NCBI GenBank assembly: GCA_963774075.1
Contig: CAVZDP010000005.1
Location: 186,179 to 250,178, forward strand
Source: an uncultured Solirubrobacterales bacterium
GTDB taxonomy: Bacteria > Actinomycetota > Thermoleophilia > Solirubrobacterales > JBBDJG01
Direction of reading: 5' to 3'
Length of the DNA: 64,000 bases
The translations under genes were made by a program, and so were the position numbers. How positions within the stretch are numbered: the stretch's first letter is position 1; each line of letters begins with the position of its first letter. The notes below the pieces were generated by a model. It was given only the letters and a program-made list of their open reading frames with translations. It searched no databases and had not been told where the DNA came from. Below, piece by piece: positions 41,667-54,600 of the stretch.

Positions 41667-42506
41667 CTAGGTGGCTTCCAAGCCCAATGAAAGGTCGAGT
41701 GCGGGAGCCGAGTGCGTCAGCGCCCCCATCGACACGAATTGTAGGCCAAGGCCTCCGAGGCCCTGGAGCGCGCCGGGTACGATGCCGCCCGACGCCTCGA
41801 GAGTCGCGCGCCCGCCAACGATCTCCGCCACGCGCCTGATCTGGTCGGGCGACATGTTGTCGAGCAGCAGGCGATCCGCGCCGGCGCCGAGTGCCTCCTC
41901 CACCTCGTCGAGCGTGCGGCACTCCACCTCGACCGCCATTCCGGCCGGCCTTCGCTCGAGAGCCCGCCGCGTGGCCTCGCCGACGCCCCCGGCGAGCGCG
42001 GCATGGTTCTCCTTCACGAGCACGGCGTCCCACAGGCCCATGCGGTGGTTGCGCCCGCCTCCGGCGGCGACGGCCTGTTTCTCGAGCGCTCGCAGGCCCG
42101 GCGTCGTCTTGCGCGTGTCGAGCAGCTCCACTCCGGTTCCCCGCAGCGCGTGGACGCAACTCGCGGTGAGCGTTGCGATCCCCGACAGGTGCTGGAGGAA
42201 GTTGAGCGCCACGCGCTCGCCAGTGAGGAGCGCGCGGGCCTCGCCCTCGAGCTCCGCGACGGTGACTGGGACCTCCTCGCGCCACTTGCCCTCCGCCGCG
42301 AGCGGCGTGACGCGCACGAGCGGGTCGAGGCGCCGGAACACAGCCGTCGCGACCTCGAGCCCGAACATCACGCCCGCCTGTTTCTGCTCGATGCGCCCGC
42401 GCGCGCGCGCGCCGGGCTCGACGGTCGCCTCCGTTGTGACGTCGCGAAGACCGACGTCCTCCGCCAGGGCCCTCATGACGAGCTCTTCTACTCCCGGCTC
42501 CAGCAC
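41667..42506 (-). CDS. nadC: Quinolinate phosphoribosyltransferase
   Basis: DTRKTTPG, NHRMGL, KENH and LLDN motifs. Confidence 0.97.
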   Translation of the reverse strand: MLEPGVEELVMRALAEDVGLRDVTTEATVEPGARARGRIEQKQAGVMFGLEVATAVFRRLDPLVRVTPLAAEGKWREEVPVTVAELEGEARALLTGERVALNFLQHLSGIATLTASCVHALRGTGVELLDTRKTTPGLRALEKQAVAAGGGRNHRMGLWDAVLVKENHAALAGGVGEATRRALERRPAGMAVEVECRTLDEVEEALGAGADRLLLDNMSPDQIRRVAEIVGGRATLEASGGIVPGALQGLGGLGLQFVSMGALTHSAPALDLSLGLEAT

Positions 42507-42540
42507 CGCGACGCGGACCCTATGCCAACATGCGGCGACG

Positions 42541-42873
42541 ATGCAGAGGCGGTCGACCGGCGAACGCGCCGATGCACCGGGCGCACAAGGCGAGCGCAGG
42601 TGGGTTGCTGTGCTCCCGCCGGGTGCGCGCCCGCCCTTTCGGGTGTGGGTGAACGGAGTCGAGCAGCGAGAGGGCAGCGACTACGTCGTGGAGCAGGGCG
42701 GCCTTCGCTTCGCCAAGCCGCTCGCCAAGGAGGGCAAGCTCGGGTTCTGGCGCTGGGCGTTGATGTTCTTCGGCATCGCGGGCACGTACCGCAAGAACGA
42801 CAGCGTGGACGTGCAGTACGAAGCCGCTGGGGGCATGCGTCTGGTCACGGGCCTCGATCTTCGAGAGGGCTAG
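42541..42873 (+). CDS. Small hypothetical protein with one hydrophobic segment
   Basis: Fills the gap between nadC and prfB; plausible composition (VWVNGVEQREGSDY). Confidence 0.65.
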   Translation: MQRRSTGERADAPGAQGERRWVAVLPPGARPPFRVWVNGVEQREGSDYVVEQGGLRFAKPLAKEGKLGFWRWALMFFGIAGTYRKNDSVDVQYEAAGGMRLVTGLDLREG

Positions 42874-44007
42874 CTCGAGCTGCCGGCGGCGCCGTTCCCC
42901 TGGCTCGCCGCCTTGACGAGGTACTCGTGCACGAAGCCGTCGAGGTCGCCGTCGAGCACGCGCTCGGCGTCGCCCATCTCGTAGCCGGTGCGGTGGTCCT
43001 TGACCATCGTGTAGGGATGAAGGACGTAGGAGCGGATCTGCGAGCCCCACGCCACGTCTTCGGCCTCGCCCTTCTCGCGCGCCAGCTCCTCGCGCCGGCG
43101 GCGCTCCTCGAGCTCGACGAGCTTCGAGCGCAGCAGCTTCATGGCGGTCTGCTTGTTGGACGACTGCGAGCGCTCGTTCTGGCACTGCACGACAACCTTG
43201 GTCGGCAGGTGGGTGATACGCACGGCCGAGTCGGTCTTGTTCACGTGCTGCCCGCCGGCGCCCGAGGCACGGTAGGTCTCTATGCGCAGGTCCGCCTCGT
43301 CGATCTGCACGTCGAGGTCCTCCTCCACCAGCGGGCTGACCTCGACGAGGGCGAAGCTCGTGTGGCGACGCCGAGCGGCGTCGAACGGTGACAGCCGCAC
43401 CAGCCTGTGGACCCCCTTCTCAGCCGAGAAGAGCCCATACGCGTTCTCGCCCCGGGCGAGGAAGGTGGCCGACTTGATTCCCGCCTCCTCGCCGGGCGCG
43501 GCCTCTTTCATCTCGGCCTCGAAGCCTCGCCGCTGGGCCCAGCGCAGGTACATGCGCAGGAGCATCTCCGCCCAGTCCTGGGAGTCGGTGCCCCCGGCAC
43601 CGCTGTGAACGGTGACCACGGCGTCGCCTTCGTCGTACCGCCCCTGGAAGAGGCGCTCCTCCTCGAGCTGCGCCAGCTCGCGCTCGAGTGCCTCGAGCTG
43701 CTCGCCGAACTCCTCCCGCAGGGCCTCGTCCTCGTCGGCGAGCGGCACCAGGGCCTCCAGGTCGTCCAGCTCCGACTCGACCTTGCGGTAGCGGTCGAGC
43801 CTCCGCTTCGCGCGGCTGTGCTTCGCCGACAGCGAGGCGGCCCGCTCCTGGTCGTCCCAGAAACCGGGCTTCTGCATCTCGCCCTCGAGGGCGGCCAGCT
43901 CTCGCTCCAGCGCAGACGGGTCAAAGGTAGTCCGCGAGCAGCTTGAGCTGGTCGCGGAGCTTCGAGATCCGCTGCGGAGCCTGCTCTACCTGTGTCTGGT
44001 CCGCCAT
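42870..44007 (-). CDS. prfB: Peptide chain release factor 2, programmed +1 frameshift (join 44007-43924, 43922-42870; about 378 aa)
   Basis: SPF and GGQ motifs; the 28-codon first ORF ends TAC CTT TGA C. Confidence 0.96.
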
Positions 44008-44044
44008 GCCTAGTGGCCAGTCCCGATCCCGTGCCGGCTTCGAT

Positions 44045-46873
<2,829 letters not shown>

Positions 46874-46927
46874 TTCGGCGGGACGATCATCGTAGCGGCC
46901 CGGGCCTCGCGTCCCGGCAGAAGAGCC

Positions 46928-47284
46928 TCAGGTGGCGCTCGGGGGGCCGTCGCTGGGGGCGGCCTTGCCCGCCGCCTGCTCGCGCCGGCGGCGCCGCTTG
47001 TCGCGGTGGCGCTTGACCTGGCGGCCCAGCTTGTCTGCCGCCACGTCGACGGAGTGGCGCAGATCCGCCGAGCTCTCGCGTACGCGCAGGACCGTGCCCT
47101 TGAGGTGGAGCGTGGCCTCGACGACCTTGCCGTCGGCGATCGAAGGGTTGCGCTCCTCGAGCAGCTCGAGCTCGAGACGCGCGAGCTCCGAGACCTGCTT
47201 GCCGACCGTCTTGAACCGCTGCTCCGCGTGCGCCCTGAGGGCCTCCGGCACGGCCCCGTTACGCGACCTGATCTCGATCTGCAC
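46928..47284 (-). CDS. hpf: Ribosome hibernation factor HPF/RaiA (short form)
   Basis: S30AE fold pattern (ERNPSI, VEATL, DKLGRQVKRHRDK); AAGGAGG SD; upstream of secA. Confidence 0.9.
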   Translation of the reverse strand: MQIEIRSRNGAVPEALRAHAEQRFKTVGKQVSELARLELELLEERNPSIADGKVVEATLHLKGTVLRVRESSADLRHSVDVAADKLGRQVKRHRDKRRRRREQAAGKAAPSDGPPSAT

Positions 47285-47357
47285 CTCTCAGACCTCCTTG
47301 ACTCTCGGCGGGAAACGCGCCTCCCATGCTACGGCTCGGGCACGACCTTTTCCAGCG

Positions 47358-47429
47358 GTCCGGCGAAGCCAGAATATCTAGCCGGCTTCGCCGGACACCT
47401 AAAGTCCAGAGCGTCCGCCTTGAGGCGGC
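47358..47429 (+). repeat. Dispersed hairpin repeat, copy C, with an extra inverted arm
   Basis: 13-bp perfect stem 47358-47370/47384-47396; CCGCC-TTGA-GGCGG hairpin at 47415-47428. Confidence 0.85.
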
Positions 47430-47510
47430 CGCCCGGCCTAATCCAGCGAGAAGACGATGCAGGCGCGCCGGTCCGCACAGCCGGCGCTCACCGCAACGGC
47501 CGGAGCGATA

Positions 47511-48740
47511 ATGGATGAGATGCCCAGGCCTAAACGGTGGATGAATCGTGGACGGTGGCCTTTCTTGATGCTCGTTTTCGTGCCTGGCTCTGCCTTGCTT
47601 GCTCTTGTCGCGTCGGGCGCGATGTCGGGCCAGAAACAAGAATCGGGACGAGCGCGAATCGTCCTGATCGGGCAGGAGCAGATGGTCTTCGACTCGAGCC
47701 GTGATGCGTGCGAGCCCGCAGACATTCCAGACCAGGCTGCCCGTGCCTTCCGTGACTTCAGCGGTCGCGTCCGACTCTTTGCCTCCCACACGGCGACCCG
47801 TGGCTGGGTGGGCGAGTCGCTGAACAGCGTGCAATACAGCTGTGCAGTCGCCTTTCGATCGAACTTCGACCCCCGGCCGTGGCAGTTCGATGGCGCGGAA
47901 TGGATAGGGGCGCCCTATACGACCGACGGCCGGAACGTCAACGCGCTCGTGCACGTGGAGTACCACGGCGATGGCTCGCCCGCAAGCTGTGCCTCGCTCA
48001 GCGTGACCGAATGTCAGTACAACGCGATCACTCTCGCGTCGTCAAGCGACGGCGGAGCGACCTTCACCCAAAGACCCCCGCCACAGCATCTGGTGGCGAG
48101 CGCTCCCTACCGGTACGTTCCCGATGCTGGACCATATGGGCTCTTTCAGCCGAGCAACATCGTGCGCAAGGGCGGCCACTACTACGCGATGCTGCAGGTT
48201 GAGCGGTACGGTCAGCAAAGGCGAGGGACCTGCCTCATGCGAACGGCCAACCTCGCCGATCCCGGCTCGTGGCGCGCCTGGGACGGGAAGGGCTTCGGCG
48301 TTCGTTTCGTCAACCCCTACCAGCGCCGGCTCGACCCCGCCAAGCACGTCTGCCAGCCCGTCTCCCTGCCGCAGATCGGGGTGATGTCATCGAGCCTCAC
48401 CTTCAACACCTATCTCGACAAGTTCGTCCTTGTCGGGCCATCCGGTCGGCGCCCTCGCAGGGGAGGCGTTATCTGGGGGATCTACTTCTCCGTATCCGAG
48501 GACCTCGTCCACTGGAACCGGGAACGCCTGATCGCGCGAACCGAGCTGCCGTGGACCTACAAGTGCGGCGACCGCGGGCCGGTCACCTATCCGTCGCTGC
48601 TCGATCCGAACAGCCGGTCGCGCAACTTCGAGACGACGGGAAGGCGCCCCTACATGTACTTCGTCCGATTCAACCCGCACGACTGCCAGCTGCAGCTCGA
48701 CCGCGACCTCGTGAGACGGCGGGTCGAGTTCAAGAAGTAG
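47511..48740 (+). CDS. Secreted beta-propeller-like protein with Asp-boxes (possible glycoside hydrolase)
   Basis: N-terminal hydrophobic segment; SSSDGGATF and SVSEDLVHW Asp-box-like motifs. Confidence 0.6.
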   Translation: MDEMPRPKRWMNRGRWPFLMLVFVPGSALLALVASGAMSGQKQESGRARIVLIGQEQMVFDSSRDACEPADIPDQAARAFRDFSGRVRLFASHTATRGWVGESLNSVQYSCAVAFRSNFDPRPWQFDGAEWIGAPYTTDGRNVNALVHVEYHGDGSPASCASLSVTECQYNAITLASSSDGGATFTQRPPPQHLVASAPYRYVPDAGPYGLFQPSNIVRKGGHYYAMLQVERYGQQRRGTCLMRTANLADPGSWRAWDGKGFGVRFVNPYQRRLDPAKHVCQPVSLPQIGVMSSSLTFNTYLDKFVLVGPSGRRPRRGGVIWGIYFSVSEDLVHWNRERLIARTELPWTYKCGDRGPVTYPSLLDPNSRSRNFETTGRRPYMYFVRFNPHDCQLQLDRDLVRRRVEFKK

Positions 48741-48743
48741 GCG

Positions 48744-51527
48744 TTACGGAGTAAAGACTCCCTGGCGCAGGAAGACTCTCTCGTCACCTGAGCCGCAGGT
48801 GGGAGGGCAACCGTATCCAAGCGGATCCGAGGCCGGCGTGAGTACGCCGTCCGGCCCTGGGTCCAAAGCGAGGATCGAGTACGTCGACACAACCGCACGC
48901 TTGCCCTCCTGCACGAACCCGGGCACGATCGCATTGAGGGTCGTGCTCATGTCGCAGGTCGCGCCGCGGTTCGGTGCCGGCGTCGCGAGGCAGTCGAACG
49001 GCGCCGAGAAACCGAGGTCCCCAACGGTTGCAGGCATGATCTCATCGGCGCCGTTCGCAGAATCGGTGATGCGAAGGTCGGTCCGGAGGACGAGTTTTCC
49101 TTCATAGTCCAGCAGCTCAACAATGTTCTGCCGCACGTCGGTGACGCTCGCCGAGATGCTCACGTCAGCTTCGTTCGCGGGCGTGGCGGGGTCTCCGCGG
49201 AGCACGTCGAAGCGAGCAAACGCAGTGCCGCGTCCGGACGTCGAAGTGGTCAGCAGCTGGGACTCGAGCTGGGGAGGTGTACAGGACCCCTCGTCAAGCG
49301 GAGGGGCGTGGAACGAATTGGGGCTGTCACAGCTGGCGAACTCAGGAACGAGCGGGACGCGTGCCAGGGCGGCGCCCCCAGGCCGAGGATAGGCAAGGAC
49401 CTTGAAGCTGGCCGTGTATGTCGCGGGGCTGGCCGGTGTCGTGATGGTGTGCTCCTGAGTGCCGCCGTCGGACCAGCCGTCGAAGACCCAATACCTTCCT
49501 GCCACAACCTGGTCGAAGGCCTCGACGTCGACGGCCCAGTTCTCCCACGCGACGATCGTCCTTGGTGTGGTGATCAGGCTGCCGGCAACGCGCAGCTGGA
49601 AATAGTCGGGCACGGACTGGAAGGTGAGGTCGACTTTCTTCGGCTGAACGTTTCGCTGCACGGTCTGCGAGAGGCCTTCAGAGTCGGTCGCGGTCAGGTA
49701 GACCTCGAGGTAGCTGTTCCCGGCTGCCTCGAGATCTTCCGGAGGCGGTCCGGTGATCTCGACGTTGTTCCCCTGCGTGGCGGGCAGGTACGGGTGCGTG
49801 TGAGTGTTGTGGCGGCGAAGGACCGTCCAGCTCAGCGCGCTGTCGGGGAGCGTCCCATCCTCGGGGTCGGTCGCGCTGCCCGTGAGGGTCAACGTCTCCC
49901 CTACGGAGAACAGCTCGTCCACAGCCGGAGCATCGATCGTCGGCGTGGGCACCGTGTTCCCTGAGTCGATTCGAAGCGTCACGCTGTCCTCGCCCCCGCG
50001 GCCGTCGCTGACGGTGAGGGTGGCGGTGTAGGTCCCGGCGACGGTGTAGGTATGGCTCGGGGTGGAGCCGGAGCCGTGAGGGGAGCCGTCGCCAAAGTCC
50101 CAATCGTAGGTGAGCGGATCGAGGTCGGCATCGGACGATGAGCTGCCGTCGAAGCTCACCGTGAGTGGCGTGTTGCCGGAGCTCGGATTGGCAGTCGCGA
50201 CCGCGTTGGGCGGGATGTTGCCGGTGCCGGTGTGGGAGATCTTGCGGATCTGGTTGCTCGGGAAAGTAAATTGCAAGTAATAGAAGGCCTTGCTCGACCC
50301 GTCGGGCCCAAAGCGGCCATCCACCAGAGCATCCGCTTCGGAGCCGAAGAGTTGCGAGCTGTAACCGCCGGAGCCGTCCGGGATCAGCGTGTAGAGCTTG
50401 CCGCAGACGCTGTCGCCATAGATGTAGACATCGTCGTAACCCGGTGGCCAGAAGCCGTCGGGGACGAAGTCGCCGGCCGTGACGGACGTGCAACCGTCCG
50501 GATTCGTGTGCGGGTAGGAATAGATGGGGTTGGTAATGCCTACCGGCGGGAGGCCGCAATCCGTGTAGGAGTCCGCGACGCACGGTCCCTCCCTGACGTT
50601 CCAGCCGTAGTCCGCCCCGGCGGCGCCCTCGTTGACCTCCTCCCACTTCCCGGCGCCGACGTCGTTGATGAAGAAGCGGGTGCCCGCGGCGTCGGAGTCG
50701 AATGCCGTTCGCCACGGGTTCCGCAGGCCCGAGGCGTAGATCTCGCGGCAGCGGCGGTCCGGGGCCGTGCTGCCGCTCACGTTGCATTGGTCGCTGTCTG
50801 GTCCCGTGAACGGGTTGCCGCTCGGGATGCTGCCGTCCGGCGCTATACGGAGGATCTTTCCGGCGAGAATGCTGAGGTCGCGCGAGGCGTCGTTGTTCAG
50901 GTAGCAGGTGCTGGTCTGCCATCGCCAGTCACAACCGTTGTCGCCGACCGATACGTAGAGGTTGCCGTCGTTGCCGAAGTCGATGTCGCCCGCGTTGTGG
51001 ATGCCGTCGACCGAGTAGATGTTGTCGATCAGGACCGTCTCGCTCGCTATATCGACGGTGTCGTCGTCGTTCAACACGAAGCGAGAGACGCGGTTGACGG
51101 GGATGTTGGGTGTTCGAGATTCGCAGACCCCGTGCTTCTTGAACGTGTAGTAGAGGTAGACGTAGTGATTGCTGGTGAAGTCCGGATCCACCGCGACGCC
51201 AAGGAGGCCGCGTTCGCTGTCGGCGCAGATGACCGAGCTGAGATCGAGCGCAGGGTCGGGGAGAAGAGCACCGTTCTCGTATATGCGCAGAGCCCCTTCC
51301 TTGGAATTGATCAACATGCGCCCGTCGGGCGTCCAGGCCAGGGCGACTGGGCTCTGCACCGCTGCGACGAACTGATCGCTGAAGCCGGCCGGCAAAGTCG
51401 CGGCTGCTCGAGCCGATGGCACTACCACCCCGGTGGCGGCAACCAGCAGAACGAGAAGGAAACGGAGGGTGCGCCGGCGTGCAGGATCCGCCGCCCCGAC
51501 CGTTCCGAGAACGCGTGCTGCAAACAT
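48744..51527 (-). CDS. Secreted PQQ-dependent sugar dehydrogenase (GSDH) with PKD domain
   Basis: ERGLLGVA, HNAG, GLRNPW and GADYGW; PKD YDWDFGDG..HTY. Confidence 0.9.
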   Translation of the reverse strand: MFAARVLGTVGAADPARRRTLRFLLVLLVAATGVVVPSARAAATLPAGFSDQFVAAVQSPVALAWTPDGRMLINSKEGALRIYENGALLPDPALDLSSVICADSERGLLGVAVDPDFTSNHYVYLYYTFKKHGVCESRTPNIPVNRVSRFVLNDDDTVDIASETVLIDNIYSVDGIHNAGDIDFGNDGNLYVSVGDNGCDWRWQTSTCYLNNDASRDLSILAGKILRIAPDGSIPSGNPFTGPDSDQCNVSGSTAPDRRCREIYASGLRNPWRTAFDSDAAGTRFFINDVGAGKWEEVNEGAAGADYGWNVREGPCVADSYTDCGLPPVGITNPIYSYPHTNPDGCTSVTAGDFVPDGFWPPGYDDVYIYGDSVCGKLYTLIPDGSGGYSSQLFGSEADALVDGRFGPDGSSKAFYYLQFTFPSNQIRKISHTGTGNIPPNAVATANPSSGNTPLTVSFDGSSSSDADLDPLTYDWDFGDGSPHGSGSTPSHTYTVAGTYTATLTVSDGRGGEDSVTLRIDSGNTVPTPTIDAPAVDELFSVGETLTLTGSATDPEDGTLPDSALSWTVLRRHNTHTHPYLPATQGNNVEITGPPPEDLEAAGNSYLEVYLTATDSEGLSQTVQRNVQPKKVDLTFQSVPDYFQLRVAGSLITTPRTIVAWENWAVDVEAFDQVVAGRYWVFDGWSDGGTQEHTITTPASPATYTASFKVLAYPRPGGAALARVPLVPEFASCDSPNSFHAPPLDEGSCTPPQLESQLLTTSTSGRGTAFARFDVLRGDPATPANEADVSISASVTDVRQNIVELLDYEGKLVLRTDLRITDSANGADEIMPATVGDLGFSAPFDCLATPAPNRGATCDMSTTLNAIVPGFVQEGKRAVVSTYSILALDPGPDGVLTPASDPLGYGCPPTCGSGDERVFLRQGVFTP

Positions 51528-51633
51528 GGGACCTATTCGGCCTTTCACACTTCGTCGAGTCGCCCGGCACCCTTGCCGGCGCGCTGGCAACCGCCCGCTC
51601 GCCTGCCTGACCCTCACATAGGGCAGCTTTTAT

Positions 51634-51649
51634 GTCAAGTTATTTTGAC
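51634..51649. promoter_or_regulatory. AT-rich inverted repeat upstream of the GSDH gene
   Basis: GTCAA-N6-TTGAC. Confidence 0.35.
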
Positions 51650-51661
51650 GCGGCCCTTCGC

Positions 51662-54600
51662 TCAGAGGGCCGTGTGCTCGGCCCGGGCCATCACGCAGTC
51701 GAACTCGATCAGCCGCAGCGAGTGGTCGCGCACGACCCCAAACATCCCGGTCACCTCGAAGCCCTGATCCTGAAGGTAGTCCATGGTTTCCGAGTAGTCG
51801 GGCACCCCGTCGTAGATCGGCTTCACCGCGAGCTCGGTTTGGACGCCGAGGACGCGCGGCAAGGTCGCTTGCGCGCCATGCATCACCTCGAGGTCCCACC
51901 CCTGCGTGTCGGTCTTCAGGAAGATGCGCGGTTGCGGTATGCCCTCCAGACACTCCTCGATGACCGAGTCGAGTGAGCGCACGGTGACGCTCTCCTGGAC
52001 GACCGTGTCCGTCATGGCCCCGAGCTCGCGAACGGCGTACGCGCTCGGTTCCAGGAAGGAAGAGAGCACGCTGTTCTGGGCTACCTTGATCTGCCTGCTC
52101 TCGTCGTGGCGGCCGAGCGCCACGCGCAGGGTGCGCCACCGGGCGTCGGGCTTGGCAGCCTGCTCGAGCTGGTCGTACGCCGAGCTGACAGGCTCCATCG
52201 AAACGATCCAGCCTGTATAGCCCGCGGCGCGAACGAAGCGGCCGTACTCGCCGTCGAACGCGCCGACGTCGAGCACGCAGTTGATCCCCAGCCGCGGCAG
52301 CAGCAGTCCGAGGTGGCTCCGCAGCGCCATGCTCTCGAACCACGTCGCCTGCGTGGCGAGACCCTCCGGCAGCGTGATCACCTGGGCGGGCGCTCTGGGT
52401 GCGGCCGGCGGGGGCACTGGAGACGCAGCGGGCGGCGGCTCGATCGTCCCCGCGGCGAGCGCAACCGGCGAACGAAGGGTTCGACGCGCAGTCTCCGCGA
52501 TCGCATCGCTCACCGCCGGCCCGTACTTGCTGAGCCGGGGGTCCGTCACCTGGGAGAAAGTCCACCGCACGCTACCCCAATCCGGCCACGGCTGGAACCT
52601 GCTGCTCGCCGCGTCCGGCGTCGCGCACTCGCGTCTGAACTCCTCCTCCGACTTCGTGTAGTAGTGGTTCACGCGCAGGCGTGACGCCGAGTTCGACAGC
52701 GTCTTGTGGTCGCGAGCGGGGTGTCCGTTCTCGTCCACCGCCACAGAGCCCTCCTTGTACTCGAAGTGGTGCTGGCTGAGGCAGCGAATCGCCCCTTCCG
52801 GGTCGACGATCGTCTTTATCACCGACGTCTGCTTGAGGGCGACGCGCTCGACGTAGTTCTCGATCACGCGCCCCTCGGGCTTCGTGCGATGGCCGGAGAA
52901 GCCGTAATGCGCTTCGTGCACAGCGACGCCGGGCCAACCCTCATATTCCTCGAGCAGGACGGGGAGGGGTCGCTCGGTCGGCGAGAACAGGAACTCGTCG
53001 AGGTCGATGAAAGCGATCCAGCGAGACTCTTTCCCGTGCCGCCTCAGGCAGTGGTCGTAGGCGCTGTTCTGGCCCGCGCCCGGTATCCGCCAGTGATAGA
53101 GCACTACCGTGCCGTCCTCGACATACGGCGCGAGCGCTTCGAGGTGTGAGTCGCTGCTCAGGTTGTCGTAGAGGAAGAAACGCTCCACGCCCATCAGCCG
53201 ATGGAACTCGATCCACTCGGGGAGGAACTCCGCTTGGTCGCGGTACATCGCGCATACCGACAGGTAGACCTCGGTTTCTCTCCGCTCTGCCCCGCGGCCC
53301 TTGGAGTTGCGCCGTCCCGGTTGACCCAGCCGCTGCTGCGCCGTCCACAGGTCCTCGTGGTCGGCCGCGCCCCCGATCAGGCCCTGGACGTCGAGCATGT
53401 CTCGAATCGGGACCCCTTCGGCTTCGAGGCGAGTACGCACGTCCGATGCAAAGGCAAGATGGTGCCTGTATTGCTCGAGTGCATCGGAACCCTCCACCAG
53501 CTCGCGGCCCAGGCGGCGCTCGAGCTGCTCGTACTGTCCCGGTTGCATCGCGGGCAGTGCTGCCGGTGCGACCGCGAAGTTGAACAACGATCCGAAGGTC
53601 ACGACGTGCCGCTGGCTCGGCGCGATGCCGGCGCTCGCGGCGGCGTGCTCGGCCATGCTCGTGAAGTTCCAGAATCGAGCGTCGGCATCCTTGTCCTCGT
53701 CGAGGAAGCCCAGGAGCGCTGCTCGCAGCGAAGGCTCGTCCAGCGATGCCCACTGGCTCAGCCACTCGTTCTGCGTTTCAGTCGTGAACTCGTAGGGGCG
53801 GACGGAGAAGTATCCGTCGAAGACGGTGTCGAGTGCGGGCACGAGCTTGCAGCCAGCCTCGAGTGCTCTGACAAGGCCGTTCAACCTTTCGGCGATGTCG
53901 AGCCTGTAGGCGCGCTCCTCCGCGTCGAAGCTTGGCTTCGTTCGCGCATGCGCCGCGTAGGACACGAACCGCTTCCATGCCCCTTTTGCGGGCGCTCTGG
54001 GTGAGGCCGGTGGGCGCGCTCGCGGTGGTGGCGGCGCGACCGCTTGCGGTGGGGGCGGCGCGAGCGCCCCCGACCCGGCAGCCGCCTCCGCGGGGGGACT
54101 GGCCGCTGGAGATGGGGGGGGCGGCGCCTCAATCGTCCCCACCGCGACCGCGACCGGCGTACGAAGGGTTCGGCTGGCAGCCTCCGCGATCGCCTCGCTC
54201 ACCGCCGGCCCGTACTTGCTGAGCCGGGGGTCCGTGATCTGGGAGAAAGTCCACCGCAGGCCATCCCAGTCAGGCCATATTCGGAACATGCTCCTCGCCG
54301 CGTCCGGCGTCGCGGACTTGCGTCTGAACTCCTCCTCCGACTTCGTGTAGTAGTGGTTCACGCGCAGGCGTGACGCCGAGTTCGACAGTGTCTTGTGGTG
54401 GCGAGCGGGGTGTCCGTTCTCGTCCACCGCCACAGAGCCCTCCTTGTACTCGAAGTGGTGCGGGCTGAGGCAGCGGAGCGTCCCCTCCGGGTCGACGATC
54501 GACTTCAACACCGTGGCGCGCCAGAGGTCCGCGTGCTGGACGTAGTTCTCGATCACGCGCCCCTCGGGTTTCGTGCGATGGCCGGAGAAGCCGTATTGCG

